Shown: positions 34,763-44,950, counted from the first letter of the stretch. The stretch: 64,000 nucleotides of DNA from Maricaulis sp. (GCF_048269565.1 NZ_JBLXIK010000009.1:12487-76486), one strand, 5' to 3'. Made by a program: numbers and translations. Notes: generated by a model not told the origin, from the sequence alone.

Positions 34763-36182
34763 CCACCGGCGTCGCCGATAGGTCACTCAACGCTTCAGGC
34801 TCCGGTGCTCCCGGCAGCAGTCCGGACTCGGCCAGGCAATGCTTTAGCGTCGCGACAAAGGCTTCGTCCGACAGGCGGCGTTTGAAATATTCCTGCGCCC
34901 GGGCCGCATACTCGTCATAATTCTGGTCGAGCTCGTCGAAGGCCGCCACGAACGAGTCGTAATTGTTCGGTTCATAGGTCAGGCCAACCCGGTTGGCTTC
35001 GGTCCGGAAACCGCAAACGCCGTAGGACGGGAAGATTACCGGCTTGCCGAAGGACATAACCTGACGCCAGACACCGCTGGTGCGGGCATGGTCCCGATAG
35101 GCCAGCGGAATGTAATGGGCGTCGCGGAACAGCCGGTCGATGAATTTCTGGGATCCGCAATAGGTGCTGAACTCCAGCAGCCGGTCGTCCTCGATCAGCT
35201 TTTCGCGGGCGCGGACCTCGCGCCAGTTGAGGACCTGATAGCCCGGCTTGATGCGGCCGAGGCGGACCAGGATGAGGTCTGGCCGGTCGGCCACGAGCCG
35301 GAGCAGGAAATCGAAGCCCTTGCGCACTTCCAGATCGCCGAACAACAGCACGATCTTCTTGCCCTTGTGGCGGCCCTTCCACTGCTGGTAACGGCCGGCC
35401 AGGCGTTTGTAGAGCGTGGTCTCTTCCTCGGTGAGGACTTCTTCCGGCTCGTAATGTCCGACCTCTTCGATAAGGTGGACCCGACCGGTTTCCGTGTGGC
35501 GCTGGGCGTAGACGTCGTCGGAGGCCAGGATGCCGTCAAGATAGCCCGGCTCGACAAGCAGGTGCTCATAGATCACCCCGCGCAGCCAGTGGCGGCGGTC
35601 ATTGAGCTGCTTGAAGCGGCGCTCGGCGAGCGTCCGGCGGTAGAGGTAATCATAGCGGATGAAGACACCGTAGGTATTGCCGATGAATTTCGGCTTCCCG
35701 GCGCGGCCCTGGGCGAGGAAGGTCTCGAGCATTGCGTCGCCATCCATGAAGAAGGTCGCCGCGATGTCCTCGTTCTTCTGGTATTCCACGATCATCTCGA
35801 GCTCGGATGTCGCCGTCGGCATTTGCTTGCGCAGGCTGACGACACGAACATTCTCGAGATCACGAATGCCCTTCATGCTCGGGGATGTGAAATCCTTCCA
35901 GGTCGCCTGGGTCGCATCGTGCAATAGCCATTGCAGCGAGGTTGCATCCTGTTCGCCGCAATAGACGACATGGACCTCGAAGCCGAGGGCGTGCAGCGCA
36001 TCGGCAAAGCGGGCGGCATAGAGATGCCGGTGACCGCCCAGATGGCTGGAATAGATCATGACGCGGCGGGATGTGGGTGCACTCGAAGCGCTGCTGGACA
36101 CGCGGCCGTATTTGACCCGCAGCCCGAACGCAACGACCTTGGAGATCAGGTCATTGACCACATTCACATTTTCTAGATTCAT
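34698..36182 (-). CDS. Divergent GT-B-like protein (putative glycosyltransferase), function unknown
   Basis: 494 aa. The C-terminal half reads KKIVLLFGDLEVRKGFDFLLRLV...MSFGKPVIFPSYGV, like a GT-B C-domain. The N-terminal half was not recognisable. It lies on the opposite strand to its neighbours, and its 3' end overlaps the preceding GT4 gene by 65 nt. Confidence 0.55.
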   Translation of the reverse strand: MNLENVNVVNDLISKVVAFGLRVKYGRVSSSASSAPTSRRVMIYSSHLGGHRHLYAARFADALHALGFEVHVVYCGEQDATSLQWLLHDATQATWKDFTSPSMKGIRDLENVRVVSLRKQMPTATSELEMIVEYQKNEDIAATFFMDGDAMLETFLAQGRAGKPKFIGNTYGVFIRYDYLYRRTLAERRFKQLNDRRHWLRGVIYEHLLVEPGYLDGILASDDVYAQRHTETGRVHLIEEVGHYEPEEVLTEEETTLYKRLAGRYQQWKGRHKGKKIVLLFGDLEVRKGFDFLLRLVADRPDLILVRLGRIKPGYQVLNWREVRAREKLIEDDRLLEFSTYCGSQKFIDRLFRDAHYIPLAYRDHARTSGVWRQVMSFGKPVIFPSYGVCGFRTEANRVGLTYEPNNYDSFVAAFDELDQNYDEYAARAQEYFKRRLSDEAFVATLKHCLAESGLLPGAPEPEALSDLSATPVASSPRPQEQSRTASGSAGAAA

Positions 36183-36239
36183 ACCGCTCTCGACCTGATT
36201 ATCCCTGTCATCGCCCCATACTACACATCAAGCCGGGGC

Positions 36240-37224
36240 TCAGCCAGATATGCGGTCGTTCGGCCCCCTGCCGCCGACACTGTTGGCGAGATACCACTCA
36301 TAGGCATCCGCCAGCCCTTCGCGGAACCCGATCGAGGGCTCCCAGCCAAGGCTGCGCAGCCGCGAGACGTCGAGCAGCTTGCGTGGCGTCCCGTCCGGCT
36401 TGCTGGTGTCCTTGCGCAATGAACCCTCAAAGCCCACGACGTCCATCACGAGCCGGGCGAGGTCATCAATGCGAATGTCCTCGCCGGTGCCGACATTGAC
36501 GTGTTCATCGCCGGAATAGACCTTGAGCAGCGTCACGATCGCATCGGCGCAATCGTCGGCGTGCAGGAATTCCCGCCGCACCGAGCCGCTGCCCCAGATC
36601 TCCATGGAGTCGGCCTTCGCCATTTTTGCTTCATGAGCCTTGCGGATCAGGGCTGGAATGACGTGCGAGGACTGCAGGTCATAATTGTCGAACGGACCAT
36701 AGAGATTGGTCGGCATGGCCGAGATGAAGTCGCACCCGTGCTGCCGGCGGTAGGCCTGGCACAATTTGATGCCGGCGATCTTGGCCAGCGCATACCATTC
36801 ATTGGTCGGCTCGAGCGCGCCGGTGAGCAGCGCGCCCTCCTGGATCGGCTGGTCGGCGAATTTCGGGTAGATGCAGGATGACCCCAGCAGGATCAGCTTC
36901 TCGACACCGACGCGGTGAGCCGCCTCGATGATGTTCGCTTCGATCATCAGGTTGTCATAGAGGAAGTCAGCCGGGTAGTGGTCATTGGCGAGGATGCCAC
37001 CGACTTTTGCTGCGGCGACTATGACCAGTTCCGGACGCGCATCCGCCATCCAGGCGCGTGTGGCCTGCTGGTCGCGCAGGTCGACCGACTTGCTGCCAAC
37101 GGTGAGCAGTTCGCCGGGCGCCTCGCGCTCAAGGCGCCGGACCACGGCCGAGCCGACCATGCCGCGATGGCCGGCGACCCATATCCGCTTTCCCTTCAGC
37201 GAACAGTGGGAGGGGAAATCGGGA

Positions 37225-37250
<26 letters not shown>
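36240..37250 (-). CDS. fcl: GDP-L-fucose synthase (GDP-4-keto-6-deoxy-D-mannose 3,5-epimerase/4-reductase)
   Basis: [20 protein letters not shown]...AAAKVGGI...GSSCIYP...[15 protein letters not shown] are canonical Fcl/WcaG motifs. Confidence 0.9.
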
Positions 37251-38295
<1,045 letters not shown>

Positions 38296-38774
38296 TACTT
38301 CCCCCTGGAGCCGATCGCACGACCTGATGAGGCACGGAAAGGCCCAGTCAGCCTCACGTTTCGCATGCCAGAACGCGCGATGAAAGATGTGGCGGACCGT
38401 CTAAGAAACTTGGCGGCATCACGCAACCCCTTATCTCAACAGGCGTGCCCATATTTTTCGCGCCAGGGCTGCAGTTTCCGGCCTCTGGCGTGCCAGTTCG
38501 CCGGGGCCTGGCCTTCGGGGCGCCCGGGACGGCAACCCGTCCGCCGGACCGACTCTGGCGCGAACGCGTGCTGGCGTGTGAAGCTGAGAAGAGATATAGG
38601 CCCAGTCAGACAGGGGATGTATACAGATTTGTCGCCGGGAACCCGGCAATATCAGGGGGCTGGGGCTTCAGGCCGGCCATATCCATCGAAACCGGTCTCG
38701 CGAAGGCCGCGGACGGGGTGCTCCGGCACCGGCGCCGCATCGCCCACGCCCCGGCAACCAGCAATAGGTGAACC

Positions 38775-39512
38775 TTGGGTCAACCGGCCATTCAACTCGT
38801 GAGACGGGATATCCGCGCACAATATGCCGGATCGGGGCTCGGACTTTTCTGGGCCTTGCTCGAACCGCTCATCCTGGCCGGGGCGTTCATCTTTCTGCGC
38901 CATTCCGGCATGATCACGATCGGCGACATCACCTTGCCCTATGCGGTCTACGCCGTCACGAGCCTGATGGTGTGGCAGACCTGTGTCGACGGCATCAATG
39001 GCGGTCTCAATTCGATCACCCGGATGCGGCCATTGCTGAAGACGACCCAGGTGTCGGCTGGCTCGGTGGTCTCGGTCGTCATCCTGACTTCCTGCTTCTT
39101 CCATCTTTTCCGGCTCGTCGTCGCGCTCGGGGTGGCGATTGCCTTTGGCATCCATGACCCGGTCAATCTGCTCGCCTACGCCCTGTTTTCATTCCTGGCC
39201 CCGTTGTTCGGAGTCGCGATCGGCCTGTTGCTGGCGCCCTTCGCGGAGATATACCGGGATCTCAAGATTCTGGTTTCCTCTGCTCTGCGCCCGCTTCTCT
39301 TCGTGTCCGGCGTCATCATCCCCATCCCGGCCCAGTTCGGATTTCTGGGGATTTACAATCCCATCGCCGTGGCCATTTCCACCGCCCGTGATGCGCTTGT
39401 CGGCGTGGGGCGGGTGGATTACGTTCTGGCCGGGCTCTGGCTCGCCATCATGATCATTGTGTTCGCAGTCGCGCTTTTCGTCTTCCGGCGTACACTCAGA
39501 ATTGTCCTGTGA
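38775..39512 (+). CDS. wzm: ABC-2 type polysaccharide export permease (Wzm/KpsM-like)
   Basis: 245 aa. VRRDIRAQYAGSGLGLFWALLEPLILAGAFIFL is the ABC-2 N-terminal signature, followed by about 6 TM segments. Only TTG (38775) or GTG (38799) starts are possible after an in-frame TGA. Confidence 0.8.
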   Translation: MGQPAIQLVRRDIRAQYAGSGLGLFWALLEPLILAGAFIFLRHSGMITIGDITLPYAVYAVTSLMVWQTCVDGINGGLNSITRMRPLLKTTQVSAGSVVSVVILTSCFFHLFRLVVALGVAIAFGIHDPVNLLAYALFSFLAPLFGVAIGLLLAPFAEIYRDLKILVSSALRPLLFVSGVIIPIPAQFGFLGIYNPIAVAISTARDALVGVGRVDYVLAGLWLAIMIIVFAVALFVFRRTLRIVL

Positions 39513-39524
39513 GATCCTCCCGAT

Positions 39525-40988
39525 ATGCCGATCATTTCTGCCACTGGAATATCCAAGAAATATTCCCTTCGAGACCAGCAAACACGCCGCCGCGGCCTGG
39601 GCGCCCTGTTCCGCGAGATTGTCGGTCCGACTGAGGGCGACTCGGCATCGGTCGCGCTGTCCGAGGGGGAGTTCTGGGCCCTGCGCGATGTCGATCTGAC
39701 GGTGTCCGATGGCGAGACGCTGGGCGTGATCGGCCTCAACGGTGCCGGCAAGACGACGCTGATGAGCCTGCTGGCCGGCGTGATCAAGCCGGACACGGGC
39801 AGTGTCGTGCACAATGGTGATGTGCAGGCTGTGCTGAGCCTCGGGGCCGGCATCAACCAGAAACTGACCGGGCGCCAGAACGCCGAAAGCGGTGTCGCCC
39901 TGCGGGCGAGTTCCATCGAACAGCGTGAGGAAATGATCGCGCGAATCGAGGAATTTTCCGAACTCGGCGAATTCTTCGACAGTCCGGTCGGCTATTATTC
40001 CAGCGGCATGAAGGCGCGGCTCGGTTTTGCCATCTGTATCAGCGCCACGCCGCAGGCGATCCTGATTGATGAAGCGCTCTCGGTCGGGGACGCGTCCTTC
40101 AAGCAGAAATGCCTGCTCTATCTTGAGCAATTGCGCCGCCGCGGTGTCGGCATGGTGATGGTGTCCCATTCCATGACCTCGATCCGGCAGTTCTGCGATT
40201 CCGCGATCTGGGTCCATGACGGCCAGATCCGCGCGCGCGGATCGAGCGGCGAAGTCGTGCATGAATATCTCCAGTTTGTGGAGCAAAGGCAGACCAGCTC
40301 GCTGGCAACGCCCGCGCCTGCCAGGGATGGCAATGCCGCACCGGTTGCCCGCAGCGGCACGCGGGCCGAGCCGGCGGGCAGCAAGATCAAGAGCGTCATG
40401 GGAACGGCGTTCAACGCGGTGGACCGCCGGCCGTCCGTGCGGGCGCTCGGTCCGGTGGAGCGTGAACTGCATCTCTCGGGACAGCCCGGTGAGTGGATCC
40501 GGCCGGAAATCACTGCGACCGAGGTGAATGAATTATACGGGCGCCAACGCCCGGAACCCGGTGTCGCCGAATTCTCCGCCGCACTGCTGGTCAATGGCCA
40601 GCCCACAAACGAGGTGTGGCCGCATGAGAGCATGGAGATCGAGTATCGCTTCCGGCTGGCTGAGCCCGTCGGCAATCTCAACGTTTCGCTGGTGTTTCAC
40701 AAGGAAGGCAGCGGCCGCCTCGCGACCATCTCGACCCTGAACCAGGACTTGCTCAAGGACCAGAGCGAGGCCGGGGTGGTGCATTGCCGGGTGAGGATCC
40801 CGGACATGGTGCTCGCGCCGGGCAATTATGTCGTCACCATCTCGATCCATGACGGCAAGCCCTATCTGTGGCGGGATGTGATCCTGACTTTCCGCGTGCG
40901 GACCTCCGAATTGCTCACCTGGGGCGATATCAACCTGCCTTACAGCTATGAGGTCTATTCGACCATCGACGAAGCCGATGTCGAATAG
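39525..40988 (+). CDS. wzt: Polysaccharide ABC-exporter ATPase with C-terminal glycan-binding-type domain (Wzt-like)
   Basis: 487 aa. Walker A GLNGAGKTTL, signature YSSGMKARL, Walker B ILIDEALSVGD. After a Pro/Ala-rich linker comes a beta-rich domain of about 170 aa (ESMEIEYRFRL...LNVSLVFH...APGNYVVTISIHDG). It resembles my recollection of Wzt C-terminal domains in length and pattern. Confidence 0.85.
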   Translation: MPIISATGISKKYSLRDQQTRRRGLGALFREIVGPTEGDSASVALSEGEFWALRDVDLTVSDGETLGVIGLNGAGKTTLMSLLAGVIKPDTGSVVHNGDVQAVLSLGAGINQKLTGRQNAESGVALRASSIEQREEMIARIEEFSELGEFFDSPVGYYSSGMKARLGFAICISATPQAILIDEALSVGDASFKQKCLLYLEQLRRRGVGMVMVSHSMTSIRQFCDSAIWVHDGQIRARGSSGEVVHEYLQFVEQRQTSSLATPAPARDGNAAPVARSGTRAEPAGSKIKSVMGTAFNAVDRRPSVRALGPVERELHLSGQPGEWIRPEITATEVNELYGRQRPEPGVAEFSAALLVNGQPTNEVWPHESMEIEYRFRLAEPVGNLNVSLVFHKEGSGRLATISTLNQDLLKDQSEAGVVHCRVRIPDMVLAPGNYVVTISIHDGKPYLWRDVILTFRVRTSELLTWGDINLPYSYEVYSTIDEADVE

Positions 40989-41027
40989 GGCCGCGGCCAG
41001 GCCAGCGCGCCGCCCGGGGAGTCGTTG

Positions 41028-42242
41028 GTGAAACTGCTCGTGTTGTCCCATGCCGCAGATCGGACCGGCGCGCCGCGGAGCGCGTTGCTGCTGGCCCGGG
41101 AATGGGCCGCGATGGGGCTTGATGTCGAAATCCTGCTGCGCCGGGATGGCGTTCTTAGGCCCGCATTCGAGGCTGTGGCGCCCACCGCGATTTACCGGGG
41201 GCGGCCGGAATTCGGCCCGGGGGACGTCCTTCCTCTCCTGCGCGATTACGATCCTGGCATGGCTTTGAAGTGCCTGCGTAATCCTGACCGGCCCTATTGC
41301 CTCTCCCGCAACGAACGGCGGGATGCCGCCGCGCTGGCCGCTCGCTATCGCGCCTGGGGCGCGCAGGCGATCTATGCCAACACCTCGCACTGCGCCGATA
41401 TGATCGAGCCTCTGGGTCTCGATTTGCCGGTCCTGACCCATGTCCGGGAGATGGCGCCCAGTCTCCGGGCGTTGGACCCCCGCCGGCGCGCCCATCTCCT
41501 CCATGGCGATGGCCCGGTGTTGGCGGTGTCCGAACGTGGCCGGGCCGACCTGGCGGAAATCGGTGTGGCCGCATCGCGCCTCGGGGTCGAGCCGCCGGCC
41601 GCCGCGGTGCCAGATCTTCAGGCGCTGGAGCGGCAACGCGACCGTGTCGAGCAGCAATTTGGCCTGGCGCCGGGCGACCGCCTGGTGGTCGGGGCCGGCA
41701 CGGTTGGTCCGCGCAAGGGTCCCGACCTGTTCATTGAAAGTCTCGGGCGAGCGATTGAAGCCGCACCTGCCGGCGAACGCATTGCCGGCCTCTGGCTTGG
41801 TGAGGGCGAGTGGCTGGATCCTTGCCGCGACCGCATCAAGGCGGCCGGGCTGGGCGATGCCGTCAGCTTCCCCGGGGCGATGGCGGATATCGCGCCGGTC
41901 CTGTACCGCGCCGACCTGCTGCTCTGCACCTCGCGCGAGGATCCTTATCCACGCGTGGTAATCGAGGCTGCCCTGGCGGGCACGCGGAGCGTCGCCTTCG
42001 CGGCGACCGGCGGCGCCGAGGAGTTCATCACCCGGTTCGATGCCGGCTCGCTGGTGCCCGCCTTTGATACCGGGGCCATGGCTGCCGCGATCACGACCGT
42101 GCTCAAGCGGCCGCACCGGTGTGACGCCGGCCTTGCCGCGCGCGTCGCTGCCGAACGCTCGGTCGAGCGCAGCGCCCGGCGCATTCTCGACCGGCTGCAG
42201 ATGCTGACAGGAGAGGCCAATGCCACGTCTGCTGATTCATAG
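41028..42242 (+). CDS. Glycosyltransferase, GT-B fold (GT4-like)
   Basis: GTG at 41028 lies 6 nt after GGGGAG (TTG at 41025 is also possible). VKLLVLSHAADRTGAPRSALLLA... N-domain. C-domain: LLLCTSREDPYPRVVIEAALAGTRSVAFAATGGAEEFI. Confidence 0.8.
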   Translation: MKLLVLSHAADRTGAPRSALLLAREWAAMGLDVEILLRRDGVLRPAFEAVAPTAIYRGRPEFGPGDVLPLLRDYDPGMALKCLRNPDRPYCLSRNERRDAAALAARYRAWGAQAIYANTSHCADMIEPLGLDLPVLTHVREMAPSLRALDPRRRAHLLHGDGPVLAVSERGRADLAEIGVAASRLGVEPPAAAVPDLQALERQRDRVEQQFGLAPGDRLVVGAGTVGPRKGPDLFIESLGRAIEAAPAGERIAGLWLGEGEWLDPCRDRIKAAGLGDAVSFPGAMADIAPVLYRADLLLCTSREDPYPRVVIEAALAGTRSVAFAATGGAEEFITRFDAGSLVPAFDTGAMAAAITTVLKRPHRCDAGLAARVAAERSVERSARRILDRLQMLTGEANATSADS

Positions 42243-42921
42243 CACGCCCGACACGCTGGCCAGTGCTGCGGCCGACGAGATCGTCCGGGCCGTGAACCGG
42301 CATGCCGGGCGGCGCTTCAATCTGGCGCTGTCGGGCGGGTCGACGCCGCCGCTGATCTTTCGCCGGTTGCGCCGTTTGCTTGAACGCCGGCTGCCCGTCG
42401 ACCGCCTGCGCCTGTTCTGGATTGACGAGCGCTGTGTGCCGATCGGCCACCCCGACAGCAATGCCGGCAGTGCCCGCCGCCATCTCGGGCGCATCTGGAA
42501 TGGCGCTGATGTCCGCGCAATGTCGGGCACGGTCCCGCCGCAGGCCGGCGCTGCCGCCTATGCCCGGCGCCTGGCGTATTTTGGCGGCGCTCAGGCTTTC
42601 GACATGGCGCTGGTGGGGCTGGGGCCAGACGGACATGTCGCCTCGCTCTTTCCCGGCTCTGACGCGCTGGATGCGAGCGGGACCGTGACAGTGGGTCAGT
42701 CGCCACGCGGTGATCAACGATTGTCGGTGACGCTCGACGTGCTGCGGGCAACGCGATCCCTGCTGGTGGTGGCGTGCGGTGAGTCGAAGGCCTGGGCCGT
42801 GCGCGAGGCCCTTACCGGGCCGGTGCTTTGCCCGTTCGCGCGCGCCTGCGCCGGTCGGCCGAGCGTCCAGATCCATGTCGACGCCGCCTGTGCCCGGGCA
42901 TTGGGCCGGCGCGGGTCATAA
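42220..42921 (+). CDS. 6-phosphogluconolactonase / NagB-fold sugar-phosphate isomerase-deaminase family protein
   Basis: 233 aa. FNLALSGGSTPPLIFRRL...WIDERCVP...ALVGLGPDGHVASLFPG is the Pgl/DevB signature. RBS GGAGAGG. The start overlaps the preceding GT gene by 23 nt. Confidence 0.7.
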   Translation: MPRLLIHSTPDTLASAAADEIVRAVNRHAGRRFNLALSGGSTPPLIFRRLRRLLERRLPVDRLRLFWIDERCVPIGHPDSNAGSARRHLGRIWNGADVRAMSGTVPPQAGAAAYARRLAYFGGAQAFDMALVGLGPDGHVASLFPGSDALDASGTVTVGQSPRGDQRLSVTLDVLRATRSLLVVACGESKAWAVREALTGPVLCPFARACAGRPSVQIHVDAACARALGRRGS

Positions 42922-43030
42922 ATCTCATGCTGTGGCAGTGAAACGAGCCGCTAACAGCCTCTCCGGTCGATTGATCATTGAGGTCTAAGCAGATATTCTT
43001 TCGCCTGAATCAATCAATTGGAGAATTCGA

Positions 43031-43762
43031 ATGGCTAGCACGGGGGGCGTCAAGAACTACTATGTGTTCACGACACACAAAGCGGCGTCGAGATTTATTG
43101 ATGCCCTGATGAGGGACATCGCAATTGGAACTGGATTGGAGCTGCATGCCCCCAAACATCCGGGATTTCCACGCGAGAAAGAACTCGAGCGCGATCCAAG
43201 CAAGCTGACAGTAACCGGTTTGATCGGAACTTTGCGATACGCGTTCATGCCGCTGGACTGGGAAGATTCACATATCATGCTGCACCTGCGAGATCCGCGG
43301 GACGTGCTGGTGTCATTGTATTTCTCCCACAAATACTCCCACCGGCGGAGCAGTGAGGGCTTCAACCCTTCCTCTGACTCTTTGAATGAGTTGGACAAGG
43401 GGATTGATAACTACGTTATGTTCAGGGCGCCCCAGTATCTGGAGCGGTACAACTTCTATATCGAGAATATGCTCGGCAAGGAGAATGTGACCTTCTCGCG
43501 CTATGAGGACATGGTCATGGACTTCGAGGGCTGGTTGCCCCGTTTCCTCGAGCCCTATCCGCTGCGCAACCGCAAGGGTTTCATTGCCAAGCAGATGAAG
43601 AAGCGCGCGGCGCAGTTCGAGCTCGATGGCAGTGAGGATGTCACGGCGCACAAGCGCAAGGCCGTGCCGGGTGACCACAAGGAAAAGCTGGAGCCGGCGA
43701 CGATCGAGGCGCTGAACAAGATGTTCGCGGGGCCGCTCGCCAGCCTGCAATACGAAGTCTGA
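43031..43762 (+). CDS. PAPS-dependent sulfotransferase (Sulfotransfer_1/3-like)
   Basis: 243 aa. VFTTHKAASRF lies at the position of the 5'-PSB loop, and LRDPRDVLVSLYFS is a 3'-PB-type motif (RDPRD..VS). RBS GGAGAA. GC is clearly lower than in the flanks. Confidence 0.7.
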   Translation: MASTGGVKNYYVFTTHKAASRFIDALMRDIAIGTGLELHAPKHPGFPREKELERDPSKLTVTGLIGTLRYAFMPLDWEDSHIMLHLRDPRDVLVSLYFSHKYSHRRSSEGFNPSSDSLNELDKGIDNYVMFRAPQYLERYNFYIENMLGKENVTFSRYEDMVMDFEGWLPRFLEPYPLRNRKGFIAKQMKKRAAQFELDGSEDVTAHKRKAVPGDHKEKLEPATIEALNKMFAGPLASLQYEV

Positions 43763-43921
43763 CGGGCGCCGCACCCGGCTTGCTGCGGGGCATCCTGTAA
43801 TGGAATACCGGGTGGCTGCCCTGTGCGCCGGCCGCCCGGACGTGAAGTGGGAGTGCGCCCCGGCCGGACTTGCGCCGGGCCGGGGCGCCACCCTTTCCGA
43901 TCAGGCACCAGGGGGATACAG

Positions 43922-44620
43922 ATGAGCGTTGATGGCGAATACCTTTACCTTTTCAACCACATTCCAAAAACAGCCGGGACGGCGTTCAAGAAGTTCATCC
44001 TGAAGAATGTGGGTGAACAGCGCTTTCTGGACATCATCCATCCGGACAAGGCGAAGATCGACGAGACCCTGGCGGTCACGAATACCGGCGAGCTGAGCTG
44101 GATTTGCGCCAATTTTCACAAGAACCAGATCGAGGGGCTGCGCCAGTCTGACGGCCGGCCGTTGAAAATCGTTACCATGCTGCGTCACCCGGTTCAGCGC
44201 GGCATGTCGCTGTACCGCTTTGTCCGCAACAAGAAGTCCCACGCCCTGTACGAGACCATCTCGCGCATGGATATCCTGGACTTTGCGCGTGACGACGCGC
44301 TCGACCGGCAATTGTCGGAATATTACACGCGGCGCTTTGGCGGTGGTTCGATTGAGGCGGCGACGGCATTCCTCGAACAGGACAAGCTGGTGGTCGGGAT
44401 CACCGAAGAGATGAACGCGACGATGGCGGCGATCGCCGAGGCGACGGGTTTCGCCCAGCTTGAAGTCCCGCGCGCGAATGTTTCAAAGGAGTTTTCCGAA
44501 TTCGATGTCGACGGTGAGCGTGTCGCCGAGGCCACGCGGATCCTGACCGAAAAGAACCGGCTGGATATCGAGCTGTATGATCGTTACCGCGATGCCCTGT
44601 TGGCGTCTGTAGTTTCATAA
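43922..44620 (+). CDS. Sulfotransferase family 2-like protein
   Basis: ATG at 43922 after GGGGGA. LFNHIPKTAGTAFKKFI (the HIPKTAGT PAPS loop) and MLRHPVQRGMSLYRF (RHP..R..S.Y) are the family-2 sulfotransferase hallmarks. Confidence 0.7.
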   Translation: MSVDGEYLYLFNHIPKTAGTAFKKFILKNVGEQRFLDIIHPDKAKIDETLAVTNTGELSWICANFHKNQIEGLRQSDGRPLKIVTMLRHPVQRGMSLYRFVRNKKSHALYETISRMDILDFARDDALDRQLSEYYTRRFGGGSIEAATAFLEQDKLVVGITEEMNATMAAIAEATGFAQLEVPRANVSKEFSEFDVDGERVAEATRILTEKNRLDIELYDRYRDALLASVVS

Positions 44621-44770
44621 CAAATCCGGATTCCGGCGCTGCCGTTAACCAGGTTATTTGGTGTGTGGGCTGGTTTTTCAGCCATGATTCCGGTTGATTT
44701 CAGGCGCGATTGCGCTAATCAGTCCGGATCGTCCCTGAACACTAATTTCTGGTCCTGAGAGAGGAAAATT

Positions 44771-44950
44771 ATGAGCTTTGAACCAAACGGTCTGGGTTGC
44801 CCGGAAGCCGTCGCCTATGCCCTGATGCTTCACATGGCCGCCGTTGAAGGCGTGTCGCTGTCCGGTGGCGAAAACTCCGCCAGCAAGAAGTGGATCATGA
44901 ATACCTACGCCAAGTGCCTCGAGCTCGTGAAGCAGCAGCCTGCGTCCTGA
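44771..44950 (+). CDS. Possible small protein (59 aa), unknown function
   Basis: Below the ORF-track cutoff and read by hand: MSFEPNGLGCPEAVAYALMLHMAAVEGVSLSGGENSASKKWIMNTYAKCLELVKQQPAS*. ATG lies 6 nt after GAGAGGAAAA. It sits in an otherwise empty 440-bp gap. The tracked antisense ORF 44678-44953 looks spurious. Confidence 0.35.
   Translation: MSFEPNGLGCPEAVAYALMLHMAAVEGVSLSGGENSASKKWIMNTYAKCLELVKQQPAS

Noticed and set aside
38296-38774. A 12-nt direct repeat GGCCCAGTCAG(A/C), near 38342 and 38600, in the 480-bp gmd/wzm divergent region; also tracked ORFs 38020-38802 (+), 38445-38771 (+) and 38431-38649 (-)
   Set aside because: Two copies of an 11-12-mer in 480 bp of high-GC DNA may be chance. 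There is no dyad symmetry or known operator pattern, and the ORFs lack starts with an RBS and have shadow composition. I kept the region as an unannotated promoter region.
40533-42116. A 527-aa minus-strand ORF spanning the wzt 3' end and the GT4 gene
   Set aside because: It crosses an intergenic gap and two well-supported plus-strand genes. The composition is that of a shadow frame.
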